Part shown: piece by piece, positions 22,795 through 32,980 of the stretch
Layout of the letters: every line of letters begins with the position of its first letter
Numbering within the stretch: position 1 is the stretch's first letter
Source of the DNA: Saprolegnia diclina VS20
Taxonomy: Eukaryota
Direction: 5' to 3'
Assembly: GCF_000281045.1 (NCBI RefSeq)
Contig: NW_008246100.1
Coordinates: 528,432 to 578,488, forward strand
DNA length: 50,057 nt
The notes under the pieces: generated by a model
The model's database searches: none
Told to the model about the DNA's origin: nothing
Seen by the model: only the letters and a program-made list of their open reading frames with translations
Translations under genes and position numbers: made by a program

Positions 22795-24270
22795 TTACAG
22801 AACGAGGCCTCGGAATTTACGAAGCGCGCGGAGCTTTTTGGGGTCCATGATGTACGAGTCGCCATTCCGAATGTGCCAGAGCGTACCCCCGAGGTTGAGG
22901 CCCCACGTCGCTTCTGGCCACGGCGCATGCGACGGCACGTGGAAGCTCGACGAGATGGCTTCGCACGATCCATGCAGCTCGCTGTACGTCTTGACCGCGG
23001 GCAGCACGACGTTCTCGAACCGCTCGTCAAAGTGCCGCCACACAATACCGGACTCTTCGAGGAGAAACTGCAGATTGTGCGGCAAATTGTCGAGCTCGCA
23101 TCGCGTGCGCGCGATCCAGTGACCGAGCTTCATGTGGTGCGAGAGCGTTGGCCACGGGCGCGTCGCCGGTACGACAAAATTCGAAGGCACAAAGGCATGG
23201 CCGTGCACGTCGCGGTAGACTGCCATCGCTGGAATGACCTTGGATTGGATCGTGAACGCCATGCGCTCTTGTTGACTCCACACAAAGCCCAGCGCCCGCA
23301 GTGTTGCTTCGTCTCGCTCGACAAACTCGCTGTACGTCCCGGTACTTCGGAGGTCGCGCACGATGCGCCCAAGGGCCAAGTCTTTAGCTACCGCTGGCCA
23401 CGGCGCGCCGCCGGGCACAAGAAAAGCCTGCTCAACGTCGCTGTGCCCGTACAACGAAAAGTAGACGTGAAGACTTGGTAGAATCACGTCTGTCCACTTG
23501 GCTTCCCGCAGTGTTTGGTCCAAGTCGAGGTCGAGGTCGTGGAGCGCCGCAAGGACGGTCTCGGGGAGCGTCCCGGCGCGGTGCTTGGCCTTGAGCGCCA
23601 TCATGGCGTGGCCCAGCTTGTACCCATGCAGCTCACTTGGCCACGGCTGCTGCGAAGGAACGACAAAGGCATTGGGGACGTGCGGCGACCCGTGGAGGCC
23701 ACGGTAAGTACGGAGTGCGGGGAGCGTCAACGTATGCAGCCGGTCGTTGCGTGCATGCCAAACGAATCCCTCTGCGTCCAGCGCCTTGGTTTGCGCAATC
23801 GGAAGGTCGTACTTGGCTTTGCGGAGGTAGCTGACGCGCTCGCCAAGGCGAAGGCCCCACGTGGCTGCCGGCCACACTGGATCGCACGTCGGCACGACGT
23901 ACTTTTGGGGCACCCAGAGATCGCCAAACACGGCCTTGTACGTCTGTAGGGCAGGTAGAATCGCAGTGCCGAGAAGATACGCATGCCAGTCGAGCGGAAA
24001 GCCAATCGCGTCTAGCTGGTGGCTGCGCTCGCGAGAGATGGTCGGTAGCTTCCGAATGAGGCCTTGGAGCTTCTGCCCCAGCGGGAACCCGTCAGGCGAC
24101 TCGTGGTCGCGGGGGACGATGAAGTGGCCGTGGTCGCGCTGGAACTGCGCGAGGCCGTCGACAAGAGGTGCGGGCAGCAACCGGCGTGGGCGCAGCGTCG
24201 CGAACGCACGCGCAAGACCATGGCTGCGTCGGAGCATGCCTTCAACCAAAACGGGATGCGTCGATGCCAT
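22795..24270 (-). CDS. Helicase-associated (HA) domain tandem-repeat protein, about 6 repeats, no helicase core
   Basis: Repeats of LPAL..Y...hG...VP..FVVP....WP....g..LG in ORF 22795..24558. Likely start 24270 or 24237 (MLRRSHGLARAFATLRPRR, presequence-like). Confidence 0.85.
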   Translation of the reverse strand: MASTHPVLVEGMLRRSHGLARAFATLRPRRLLPAPLVDGLAQFQRDHGHFIVPRDHESPDGFPLGQKLQGLIRKLPTISRERSHQLDAIGFPLDWHAYLLGTAILPALQTYKAVFGDLWVPQKYVVPTCDPVWPAATWGLRLGERVSYLRKAKYDLPIAQTKALDAEGFVWHARNDRLHTLTLPALRTYRGLHGSPHVPNAFVVPSQQPWPSELHGYKLGHAMMALKAKHRAGTLPETVLAALHDLDLDLDQTLREAKWTDVILPSLHVYFSLYGHSDVEQAFLVPGGAPWPAVAKDLALGRIVRDLRSTGTYSEFVERDEATLRALGFVWSQQERMAFTIQSKVIPAMAVYRDVHGHAFVPSNFVVPATRPWPTLSHHMKLGHWIARTRCELDNLPHNLQFLLEESGIVWRHFDERFENVVLPAVKTYSELHGSCEAISSSFHVPSHAPWPEATWGLNLGGTLWHIRNGDSYIMDPKKLRALRKFRGLVL

Positions 24271-24358
24271 TGGTTGAAATCCAAGTGTTAGCCGTCCACG
24301 ATTGGATCCATGAATGGCTTTGCAACCAATCACATGCGATTTACACTTTCCAGTCGCG

Positions 24359-25519
24359 ATGGACCGAAGAGCGCAGCCTCCGCCAACGCCCATCACGGTC
24401 CCGATCCGGTTCGGGCGCACAAAGACGACGCTCGGGCCGTCCGCCTCCATACAGCTGCATAAAGCCGCGTCGTCCGCCGGCATTAGCAACAGCAGCGCGC
24501 TGCGCGTGTGCGGCGTGTGCACCGAGGCCGCCTCCAAGTACACGTGCCCGCGCTGCAACGTCGTCTACTGCGGCGTCGCCTGCTACAAAACCCATGGCGA
24601 GACGTGCACCGAGCACTTTTACAAGGCGCACGTCGAGAGCGAGATGCAGCTCAACAAGACCGTCGACACGACGTCCGCGCATGCGATGCAAGAGGCGCTT
24701 CGCCGCGTCTACGACGAGTTTGGCGACGAGGACCATGGCCTCGATGACCGCCTCGAGCAGCTCGTCGAGCTCATGGAGTCGGACGCGCTGTCCCTCGACG
24801 CGCTCACGCCAAACGAGCGCGCGCAATTCCTCCGCGAAGTGGCCGACGGGCGGCTCGGGAAGCTCATTGCGCTCTGGACTCCGTGGTGGACAACGTCGCC
24901 TGCAGCGTACGCAGCGGCCACCCACTCTGCCCGGCACCAGCTCATTACAGCCGTCGACGACGACGAAGATGACATCGATGGCGACGTCGAGGTCCCTCCC
25001 CAGCACCCCAAACACATTTTGACGACGCGGCGCGCCAAGGCGCTGGAACCGATCAGCGCGCTGCATGCATCGCCCAACAGCCCCGTGCTTTGCTGCAACT
25101 TGTTTGAACTCCTCTTTGCATACGCCTACACGCTGCGCACGTACAACGGTGACTGGACTGCCGACGTGGCCGAGGCCAGCGCGACCCTCGTCGCGCTCTC
25201 GGCCGTGCTCCACAGCCAACGCGTGTATATGACCATCGACGACGTCCGTACCGCGTGCGGTAGTGCGTCGCTCCCCGATCTGAATGCGGCGGCCGCCGCG
25301 GCAGCGCTCGATGACGCAGCGACGCTGAGCAGCGCGTCGCTCTTCATCTGCGATGCGCTCTGCGACCTCGAAATGCTGCTGCTGAGTGCGGTCGACGTGG
25401 CCGACAAGAGCAGTCGGAAGCGTCTCCGCGGTATGGCCAAGAAGGTGCACTTCTACCTCGTGTGGAGCAACGCCGATACCAGTGCTGGCGCAGCAGAGGA
25501 TAGACTTACTATAAGTTAA
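24359..25519 (+). CDS. ZNHIT2: HIT-type zinc finger protein, ZNHIT2-like
   Basis: CGVCTEAASKYTCPRCNVVYCGVACYKTHGETCTEHFY; downstream LWTPWW, LFAYAYTLRTYNGD and KKVHFYLVW match the ZNHIT2 family. Confidence 0.87.
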   Translation: MDRRAQPPPTPITVPIRFGRTKTTLGPSASIQLHKAASSAGISNSSALRVCGVCTEAASKYTCPRCNVVYCGVACYKTHGETCTEHFYKAHVESEMQLNKTVDTTSAHAMQEALRRVYDEFGDEDHGLDDRLEQLVELMESDALSLDALTPNERAQFLREVADGRLGKLIALWTPWWTTSPAAYAAATHSARHQLITAVDDDEDDIDGDVEVPPQHPKHILTTRRAKALEPISALHASPNSPVLCCNLFELLFAYAYTLRTYNGDWTADVAEASATLVALSAVLHSQRVYMTIDDVRTACGSASLPDLNAAAAAAALDDAATLSSASLFICDALCDLEMLLLSAVDVADKSSRKRLRGMAKKVHFYLVWSNADTSAGAAEDRLTIS

Positions 25520-25549
25520 AAAAACACATACGAGACCGCGTCCTCCGTC

Positions 25550-27448
25550 TTAGGCCGCCGACGGCGACACGAGGCCGCCAACGGTGGTGTTGCGCTGCAG
25601 CTGGAACGCCTGGAGCGACGAGATCCACTTGTTGTACTCGCGCGCGTTGGCCGCGATCAGCGTCAGCTTCTTGCCCGACTTCGCGAGCTCGGGCGTCGAG
25701 ATCTCAAACTTGAAGGCCTTGGCGTCAATGACGCGCACGACCGCGTCCCGAAGCAGCACGGTCGACGGCTTGGCTTCCTGGGCGTTCACGACCGAGTCCT
25801 TCTTGTAGCCAGAGAGCTTCTCGCCCTTCAAGACAAAGTACCGCTTCTTCGAGCCAAGGAGCGAGTTCGAGTCGACCTTGAGGTAGCCCTGTGTGTTGGT
25901 GAACGGCAAGATCGCGCGCACCCACACCGACGGGCCGATAAAGCTGTCGTTGAGCGTGTACTCGGCTTTCGTCGTCGTAATGACGAGCTCGTGGACCTTG
26001 GTGCGGGAGCTCACCGTCACAATGTGCGAGCAGAGAATCTCGTCCTCGAGGGCGTTCGTCGCCTTGTTAACAAAGAGCACACGCTCGTGGTCCGTCAAGA
26101 GCAAATGATACCGCTTCGTCTTCTTGAAGGTCACGGGGCCAGCGAGGATGATCGATTCGCGCGTCTTGAGCAAGTGGTCCCAGAGACGCATGGTCGGCGA
26201 CCGGACCAGCGCCACGATCGCGTTCTTGTTGCGGTGCCGAATGGCCGACGCGAGGTCGCCGCGCCCGCCGTTGAGCATGTCCTTGAGGATCTCCGTCTCG
26301 TGCGCCGAGACGACGCCAATCGATGCGATCGTCTCGCAGTAGTCGATCATGTCGTCGACCGACATGTTGTCGCCAAAGAGGCTGCCGCCCTGGATCGTTG
26401 ACGTGTTGTTGTAAATGTCATAGTTGCTTTGCTTGGTCGACATGCGCGGCGACGGACGCGGCGACGGACGTGGCGACGGGCCGTTGGTGGAGAACGTCAT
26501 GGCCTTGGCGCGGTTGGGCGTCACGACGTTCATGTTCTTGGACGACATGCGCGGCGACGGCGACGCAAGCGACCCGGTCGTCGACCGCCCCGAGACGCTC
26601 TTGGGCGTGTCGACCTGCGGTAGGTACTGCGGCGTCACGGACGCGCGCCAAAAGACCACAATCATCGGGCGCTGCGGCCGCTTGAGCAAGCTCACGGCGC
26701 GACCGTACTCGGGGCCGTCGAGGATGTGGCCATCAATCGCGTGGATCGAGTCGCCGAGGCGCACACCGTGGGCTTCGGCGTACCCCATGACGTTGGCGTG
26801 CGGCTGCGGCAGCCGCGAGACGAGCACGCGTGTATCGTCGGTCGTGATCGTCATGTTGAGCGACGCGCCTGTGAATTCGACGGCGTAGAGGCCTTCGCGC
26901 ATGCGCGGTCGAAAGAAATGTACACTCAAAGGGCGCACGGGGCTCTGCAGCATCTGGATGACGCTGTCATAGGGGCGGCCGACGGCGCGGACGCCGCCCA
27001 CCTTGTACACGACGTCGCCGAGCGCAACGAGGCGCGTGGCCTCGGCGTAGCCCATGGTGCCATCGGCGTTCGACCGGAACGCGTTCACAACGACGTTGTC
27101 GCGGTGGTAATCGCGGATCGTAATGCCGAGCGAGCGCTCGGTAAAGACGACCTCGATGATGTCGTCCTTCTTGAGCGGGCTCAGCGCCTCCGTCTTGGAC
27201 GAGAGCGTGAGCACGAGCGGCGTGCCCGACTTGGCCTGCGACGCCAGCAAAGCGTCCTTGTGCATCGGCACGAGGCTCGAGTTGTTGAGGTCGATGAGGT
27301 CGACCCATGCGTCCTCCGTGATGCCAAAGGTCTCGCGCAGGAGGCTCTCAAAGACACCCTCGAAGGCGTCGTCCGGGACCGTCGGGTCCCATGAGACGTA
27401 CTGCGCTCTGCCCGAGTCGAGGTCGATGATCCGCAGTTGCATGTTCAT
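25550..27448 (-). CDS. Scaffold protein with two PDZ and two PH domains
   Basis: Single long ORF. PDZ1 (SLGITIRD...GDVVYKVGG...RPLSVHF), PDZ2 (SLNMTI...GDSIHAIDG...RPMIVVF), PH-like (KRYHLLLTD...VWVRAI) and PH (QGYLK...KKRYFVLKGEKL...NKWISSL). Confidence 0.85.
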   Translation of the reverse strand: MNMQLRIIDLDSGRAQYVSWDPTVPDDAFEGVFESLLRETFGITEDAWVDLIDLNNSSLVPMHKDALLASQAKSGTPLVLTLSSKTEALSPLKKDDIIEVVFTERSLGITIRDYHRDNVVVNAFRSNADGTMGYAEATRLVALGDVVYKVGGVRAVGRPYDSVIQMLQSPVRPLSVHFFRPRMREGLYAVEFTGASLNMTITTDDTRVLVSRLPQPHANVMGYAEAHGVRLGDSIHAIDGHILDGPEYGRAVSLLKRPQRPMIVVFWRASVTPQYLPQVDTPKSVSGRSTTGSLASPSPRMSSKNMNVVTPNRAKAMTFSTNGPSPRPSPRPSPRMSTKQSNYDIYNNTSTIQGGSLFGDNMSVDDMIDYCETIASIGVVSAHETEILKDMLNGGRGDLASAIRHRNKNAIVALVRSPTMRLWDHLLKTRESIILAGPVTFKKTKRYHLLLTDHERVLFVNKATNALEDEILCSHIVTVSSRTKVHELVITTTKAEYTLNDSFIGPSVWVRAILPFTNTQGYLKVDSNSLLGSKKRYFVLKGEKLSGYKKDSVVNAQEAKPSTVLLRDAVVRVIDAKAFKFEISTPELAKSGKKLTLIAANAREYNKWISSLQAFQLQRNTTVGGLVSPSAA

Positions 27449-28250
27449 ATCTACAAGTCTCGGCGAATGGCGCTGTCCAAGCAGCAATAGGCGACTGACG
27501 GTCGGCGGCCAATTTTTTCCCCGCGCTGTCACACGGGATCGAATTTTTATTCAGTGCGACCACCATTACTGCCGCCTTGTATCGGACATTCAGCCGCGCT
27601 TTTTATTACAAAAGCGAGTGCATTTTATTATTTCGCCCATTAAAATAGCCGTGCGCGAAAAAAGTGCCTGCCAAAAGAACTCCCTCGCTTTACCGACAAA
27701 ACGGACCGATATCGAAACAGAAAGGTACGGAAATCGACCTTGGCGTAGACGAAAATGCGCTCTCTCCCGAGGGAAAACGCACTGTCGCACCCGACGTATT
27801 ACCTGCGAGTGTAATTCGAACCACGCAGCGCACACGATTTCCGTACGCATACGTGACACTATTTTGCATTTGCTCGTTGTGGCCACCGATCTTGCATTCA
27901 AATGGAATAAAAAAATAAGAATGACGTGCGCGAAGGACGTTCGGTTGCAGCGATGGCGCAAGCGAGTACGCGCTATGGAATCGATGCGTCAATGTCTCTG
28001 CAAGAGGCACGCGGTGTGCGTGCGACCACGTGGCTGCGGTAATGCGACTGAATTTATCGCACACACGATATCTCGGGCGACCGCACGCTTTTGGTGTATC
28101 ATGGATGGACCAATCAGGGACGCGACGGTTCAAGATCGCAACCCTCGAACAACGGGCCGACGTGGCGCCAGCGCACGCTGTGATTGGTACGTGAAGCGAC
28201 GTTCGAGGACCGCAGGGCCTCAAGTGGGCGCATTTGGGATCCGAAACACC

Positions 28251-29240
28251 ATGACAACAGACGGCCGCAGCAACCAGGACGCGTCGGCGCTTGAGACGCT
28301 TGTCGCCGACGCCAACGCGGCGCTGCGCGGGCGGTCCGCACCCGAGATTGTCGCGTGGGCCGTCGCAACCTTTGGCGACGGCGTCGTCTTGAGCTCGAGC
28401 TTTGGCGTGCAGTCGGCGCTCATGTTGCACTTGGTGACAGCCGCCAAGCCCAACGTGCCTGTCGTCTGGGTGGATACTGGATACCTCTTTCCCGAGACGT
28501 ATGCGTTTGCAAACGACCTCACGACGCGTCTGCACCTCAACTTGCACATTTCGCAGTCGAAATTGTCGCCGGCACACATGGAAGCGATGCACGGCAAGCT
28601 CTGGGAAGACGAAACCATCGACGCGCACAAGCGGTATGGCTACATCCGCAAGGTGGAGCCCATGGAGCGCACGCTCCGCGAGCTTGGCGCGACCGCGCTG
28701 CTCGTCGGGCTGCGCGCGCAACAGACGTCGCATCGGCAGAGCCTCGACATTGTGCATCTCCACAACGGCCGCGTCAAAATATGCCCCATCTTGGAGTGGA
28801 CGAACGCCGATGTCGACAAGTACATGACAAAGCACGGGCTGCCGTACCACCCCCTCAAGGCTCGCGGCTACGAAACCATTGGAGATACGCACTCGAGCCG
28901 CCCCGTCGACGCGACAGCGTCAGGCCGCGACACACGCTTCCGCGGTGTCGCCCAAGAGTGCGGGCTGCACATGAACTGGTCGGGCCCCATCATCGAGCAC
29001 GAGGCCCCGCTTGACACGATCACGGTGTACTCCAAGCCCGACTGCAGCTACTGCCACGAGGCCAAGCGCGTCTTATCGGAGGCTAAATTGGACTTCAAGG
29101 AGTACACGGTCGACGTCGATATTTCGTATACGCATCTCTGCGACCGCGTCGGCCACGTCGTGCACACGGTGCCGCAGATCTTTGTCAACGACACCTACGT
29201 GGGTGGCTGTACCGAGCTCAAGGCATTTCTGGGCGTGTAA
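28251..29240 (+). CDS. cysH: PAPS reductase (CysH, no Fe-S cluster motif) fused to C-terminal glutaredoxin
   Basis: SSSFGVQS, DTGYLFPETY, RKVEP, GYETIGD and ECGLH, followed by VYSKPDCSYC...TVPQIFVNDTYVGG (dithiol Grx). Intronless; ATG 28251 within ORF 27123..29240. Confidence 0.93.
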   Translation: MTTDGRSNQDASALETLVADANAALRGRSAPEIVAWAVATFGDGVVLSSSFGVQSALMLHLVTAAKPNVPVVWVDTGYLFPETYAFANDLTTRLHLNLHISQSKLSPAHMEAMHGKLWEDETIDAHKRYGYIRKVEPMERTLRELGATALLVGLRAQQTSHRQSLDIVHLHNGRVKICPILEWTNADVDKYMTKHGLPYHPLKARGYETIGDTHSSRPVDATASGRDTRFRGVAQECGLHMNWSGPIIEHEAPLDTITVYSKPDCSYCHEAKRVLSEAKLDFKEYTVDVDISYTHLCDRVGHVVHTVPQIFVNDTYVGGCTELKAFLGV

Positions 29241-29286
29241 TAGAAGACGATGTCCGTTCAGTTTGTACAGAGTGCTTGTGCATTGC

Positions 29287-31656
29287 TTACGTAGCGACGG
29301 GCTCGGCGGGCCGTTCGATCGGCAGCGTGCTCTCGTCGGCCGGCTTGTCGAGCGCTGCCTCGTCTCCTGCTAACGCTGCAGGCACGTCGTCGGTATCGTC
29401 GACGACCCGATGGACAGCCAGCTCGTGCTGCTTGAAAGACTGGGTGTAGCTAAAGAGCCGCAGCAAGCTCAGCACTTTGAGCAGATTGTGCTCGAAGATG
29501 AGGTTGGAGTTCTCCATGCGGTCCTTCGCGTCCGGTGTGCACAGCGGACCGAGCGCTTCTTTGACGTGCACATACGTGTCGTACGGGTTGGAGCTGCGGT
29601 TGGTGCTGAACTTGATGCCGGCGCTCGTCTGTGTATCGACCTGCGCGGTGATGTGCACGTAATCGCTGACATCGAGCGACTTGACGTCGTCTTCGGTCTC
29701 GTGCGTCACGAGCGGCCACACGATCTCCTTGACGCTAAAGACGGCGTGCTTGGGGCTCGCGATGATCACCGGGTCCCACTCGTGGCCGTGTGGAATGCTC
29801 GTGATCTCAAAGGCACACGCGATTCCGAGCAGCTCGCACACCAAGCTCTCTTCCAAAGCGCGATCTTTTGGCATAACACCGAAGCGCGCATCGTCAGCCA
29901 CGGAGGGCGTCAGGTCGATACCGGCCATCGCAAGGCGCTTGAGCGTCTCTTGCGGTGGCAAGTACGCACTGTTGAGCTCCGAGAGTTGCTTGACGCTCGG
30001 CGACACGAGGCGCACGCCAATGTCGGTCACCTCCAAGTGGATGAGCCGGTACATGTCGTTTTGGAGCTTGAGGTGCGCGACGCACGTGTGCTTGTCGCCG
30101 TCGTTGACTGTGCTCATCTTGAGACTCCACGAGTGCTTTGTGTGGTTGGCGTTGCGCTGTTGGAGCACGGCGATCTTGGTGAGTTTGAGTGTATTGAAGT
30201 TGAGGACGTTGGCTTCCTCGTTGAATAGGATTTCAGAGATCCCGTCTTCGACCCACGTCTCAGCGTTGGCATCCCACCACCCGACGCGTGGATTCGTGGG
30301 GTAAATCACATCTTTTGGTAACGTCACCGACACCTAACCAAGCTGTGGAGCCGAGTGCCTAAATGGCACGTCATACCTTGATGGCGAGCGACGCTGTCGC
30401 GACAGAGCCTTCCAGTGGGTACTCGAGTCGATGGATTTTTTCCACGCTAAGTTCTACAATACCATCGATCCGTTGTGCTATGTAGGCCAGACATGGACGT
30501 ACCTCGCATGACCCAGCCGCGCGCACGCTTCGGGGCCGGTGGAAGGCAGAGTAGATCAATCGAAAAGACGCCTCCGAGAGCGACGTCGAGGTTGTGGACC
30601 GAGTTCGGCGCGTTGTCATACGGAAGGTAGATGGCGCGCACGGCGAGGGACTGCATCACAACAGGCTTGGGCACATCCACGAGCATTTCCATTTCGGCAA
30701 AGTCGATCTTTTTGTTCCGTAGTCCTTTCGGTATAATGTTGATCCAGAGTCCGACCTGGCCACGTTTGAAAAGATCCAATGTGGAGCGAAGGGAGCTGTG
30801 TACCTTGACAGGGCCAGCCGCGCTCGTGATCTTGACTTCGCCCTTGGAGTTGGCGGCAGCGTTTTGGTCCAGGAACTCATCCGCGTACTGTAAGATGTGG
30901 GCCGTGTTGGTCTCGATCTTTTGCCGTGTTAGCTCCATGATGTGCTCGATGAAGCCTTCGCAGCGCGCGAGCTGGGCGGGCTGGTTGAGCGCTTGCGCCT
31001 CGGCGCAGACGAAGATCAGGTCCAAGATCACACGACGCGCGTCTTCGCACGACTTGACGACGCTCGGAAGGTCCGTGTCGTCCTCGAGAAGCCACGAGTT
31101 GACGAACGCGTTGATGTCGCCTTCGAGCGTCGCGTCCGGCTTGGTCTCGCAGGCAAGGTATTTTTCCCACTACGAGCCATGAGCCGACAAGACAGCATGG
31201 CGCAGCGTACGTCTTTGATCTCCTTTCGGTGGCGAAGCTCCTGCTGCAGGCGAGCTGCCTTGGCTGCAATCGCGTCCTTGCTCGACTCGAACTCGTCGGC
31301 CAGCCGCACGAGCTCGGCCGCGCGGCTTTTGGCTTCCTCCTCCCGACGCTTTCGCTCCTCTTCTTCGTGTCGCTTGCGCTCTTCCTCGAGGCGCCGCTCC
31401 TCCTCTACCGAACGGAGCTTGATTCGCGCCCATCGCTTCCTTCCATGTGCGTACCTTGCTTGGTACGAAGGTCTTCCTCCTCCTTGAGCCGACGCTCTAC
31501 CCGTCGAATGGTGAGAGGTCGTATTCCATGAATCCATCATGCGCGTTGTCTACCTTCCTCGAGCTCTTCCTTGGACTTCTTCTTCCCCTTCTTCTTCTTC
31601 GGACCCTACGACGGACCATCGACCATCATGCTCCGCTCCCGCCGAGGTCCCACCAT
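29287..31656 (-). CDS. CASC1: CASC1/DNAI7 (IC97-like) axonemal dynein-associated protein, multi-exon
   Basis: ATG-only exon (31654-31656), then GPKKKKGKKKSKEELEE, an E/R/K coiled coil, WEKYLACETKPDA...DINAFVNSW (Casc1 N-terminal pattern), LGGVFSIDLLCLPPAPK and VGWWDANAETWVEDGI. Confidence 0.78.
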
Positions 31657-31805
31657 GGTGCGAGCAAGGCGTCGTTTGGGTCTTGGATCGTGTTATTCGG
31701 ATACGCGGTCGTATTATCCGGAATAAACAGGAAAATCAAGTCGCCCTTTCGCTTTGGTTGTCACAATCGGCGTCCCGTGGGTTGCATCATTTTCGAATTG
31801 CCTTC

Positions 31806-32497
31806 ATGGAGCCATCGACGTTCCAGCTCTCGCCCACGTGCCGGCTCGTCGTGTCGCTCGGCGACATCACGCGCTGGGAAGGCGACGCCATTGTGAACGC
31901 TGCCAACGAGCTCATGCTAGGCGGCAGCGGTCTGCGCACGATTGGTCGACAACCCTCGTACTGATCTCGGATACTGGTCTAGGCGTCGATGGCGCTATTC
32001 ACAAGGCCGCGGGTCCACAGCTGCTGCAAGCGTGCATGCAAGCTCCTGAAGTGCGACGCCACGTTCGGTTCGTCCATCGGCAGTGCACTTGTCGAGATGT
32101 CATTTTCATTTGTAGCTGTCCCGTGGGCGAAGCTCGCATCACCGAGGCCTATCGCTTGCGTGCCAAGTACGTCATTCACACCGTGGGACCGGTGTACCGC
32201 CGCAAATCGCCCGTGGCGGAGCTTCTTGGCGATGCGTACTGGCGGTCCCTCGAGCTCGGGTACGCGTACGGATGCAAGACGATCGCGTTTCCCGCCATTA
32301 GCTGCGGTGTCTACAGCTACCCGCTCGAGTCGGCAGCGCTAACTGCACTCGAAACATGCTTGGAATTTGCGGAAGCGACGGGCGAAGATGCATACGAAGC
32401 CATCGAATTTGTGCTCTTCAACCAGGCAACGTACGACGCGTGGCTCGCAGCGGCGAGTACGCTGGCGATCGTGGTCTGCGACGAGCGTGAGCAATAA
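31806..32497 (+). CDS. Macro-domain protein (MacroD-type O-acetyl-ADP-ribose deacetylase / mono-ADP-ribosyl hydrolase), 3 exons
   Basis: GDITRWEGDAIVNAANELMLGGSGVDGAIHKAAG, CPVGEARIT, VIHTVGPVY, IAFPAISCGVYSYP. Confidence 0.93.
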
Positions 32498-32861
32498 GAA
32501 AACGCAACGTGCTAAGAACTTGATTTTTCAACATGCAGTTGCTGGGCAGCTCAGTAGGCGAGCAGCAGTGCTGTTGCAGGCGAGGCGAGGCTAGTTTGGA
32601 CGCCATCACAATTAATACACATGGCTACCATCACCGTATCAGGAGATCAAGATCATAGACGCGGCCAACTGCAAAGTACGAGACTGCGGTGCCGCATTGC
32701 CTTGTTATAATAAGAACTGATATCTAACAATAGAAGACGCCCGTCTGCAGCGAATGTCTGGTGCACCGAGGACCGCAACCCACGCACCAATCTTGCTACA
32801 CGCAACTTCTCCTCGCCAAACTCGGCCAGCGCAGCCATCGCTTCGAGAAACTCTGGCGAGG

Positions 32862-32961
32862 NNNNNNNNNNNNNNNNNNNNNNNNNNNNNNNNNNNNNNN
32901 NNNNNNNNNNNNNNNNNNNNNNNNNNNNNNNNNNNNNNNNNNNNNNNNNNNNNNNNNNNNN
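32862..32961. other. Assembly gap (100 N)
   Basis: Run of exactly 100 N; true size unknown. Confidence 0.99.
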
Positions 32962-32980
32962 TTCTACCACTGCTCCGTCA

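Noticed and set aside
27123..28250. N-terminal ~375 aa of the 705-aa ORF preceding the PAPS reductase
   Set aside because: Antisense to the PDZ-PH gene and then runs through lower-GC promoter DNA; no protein-like features. A good start lies at ATG 28251.
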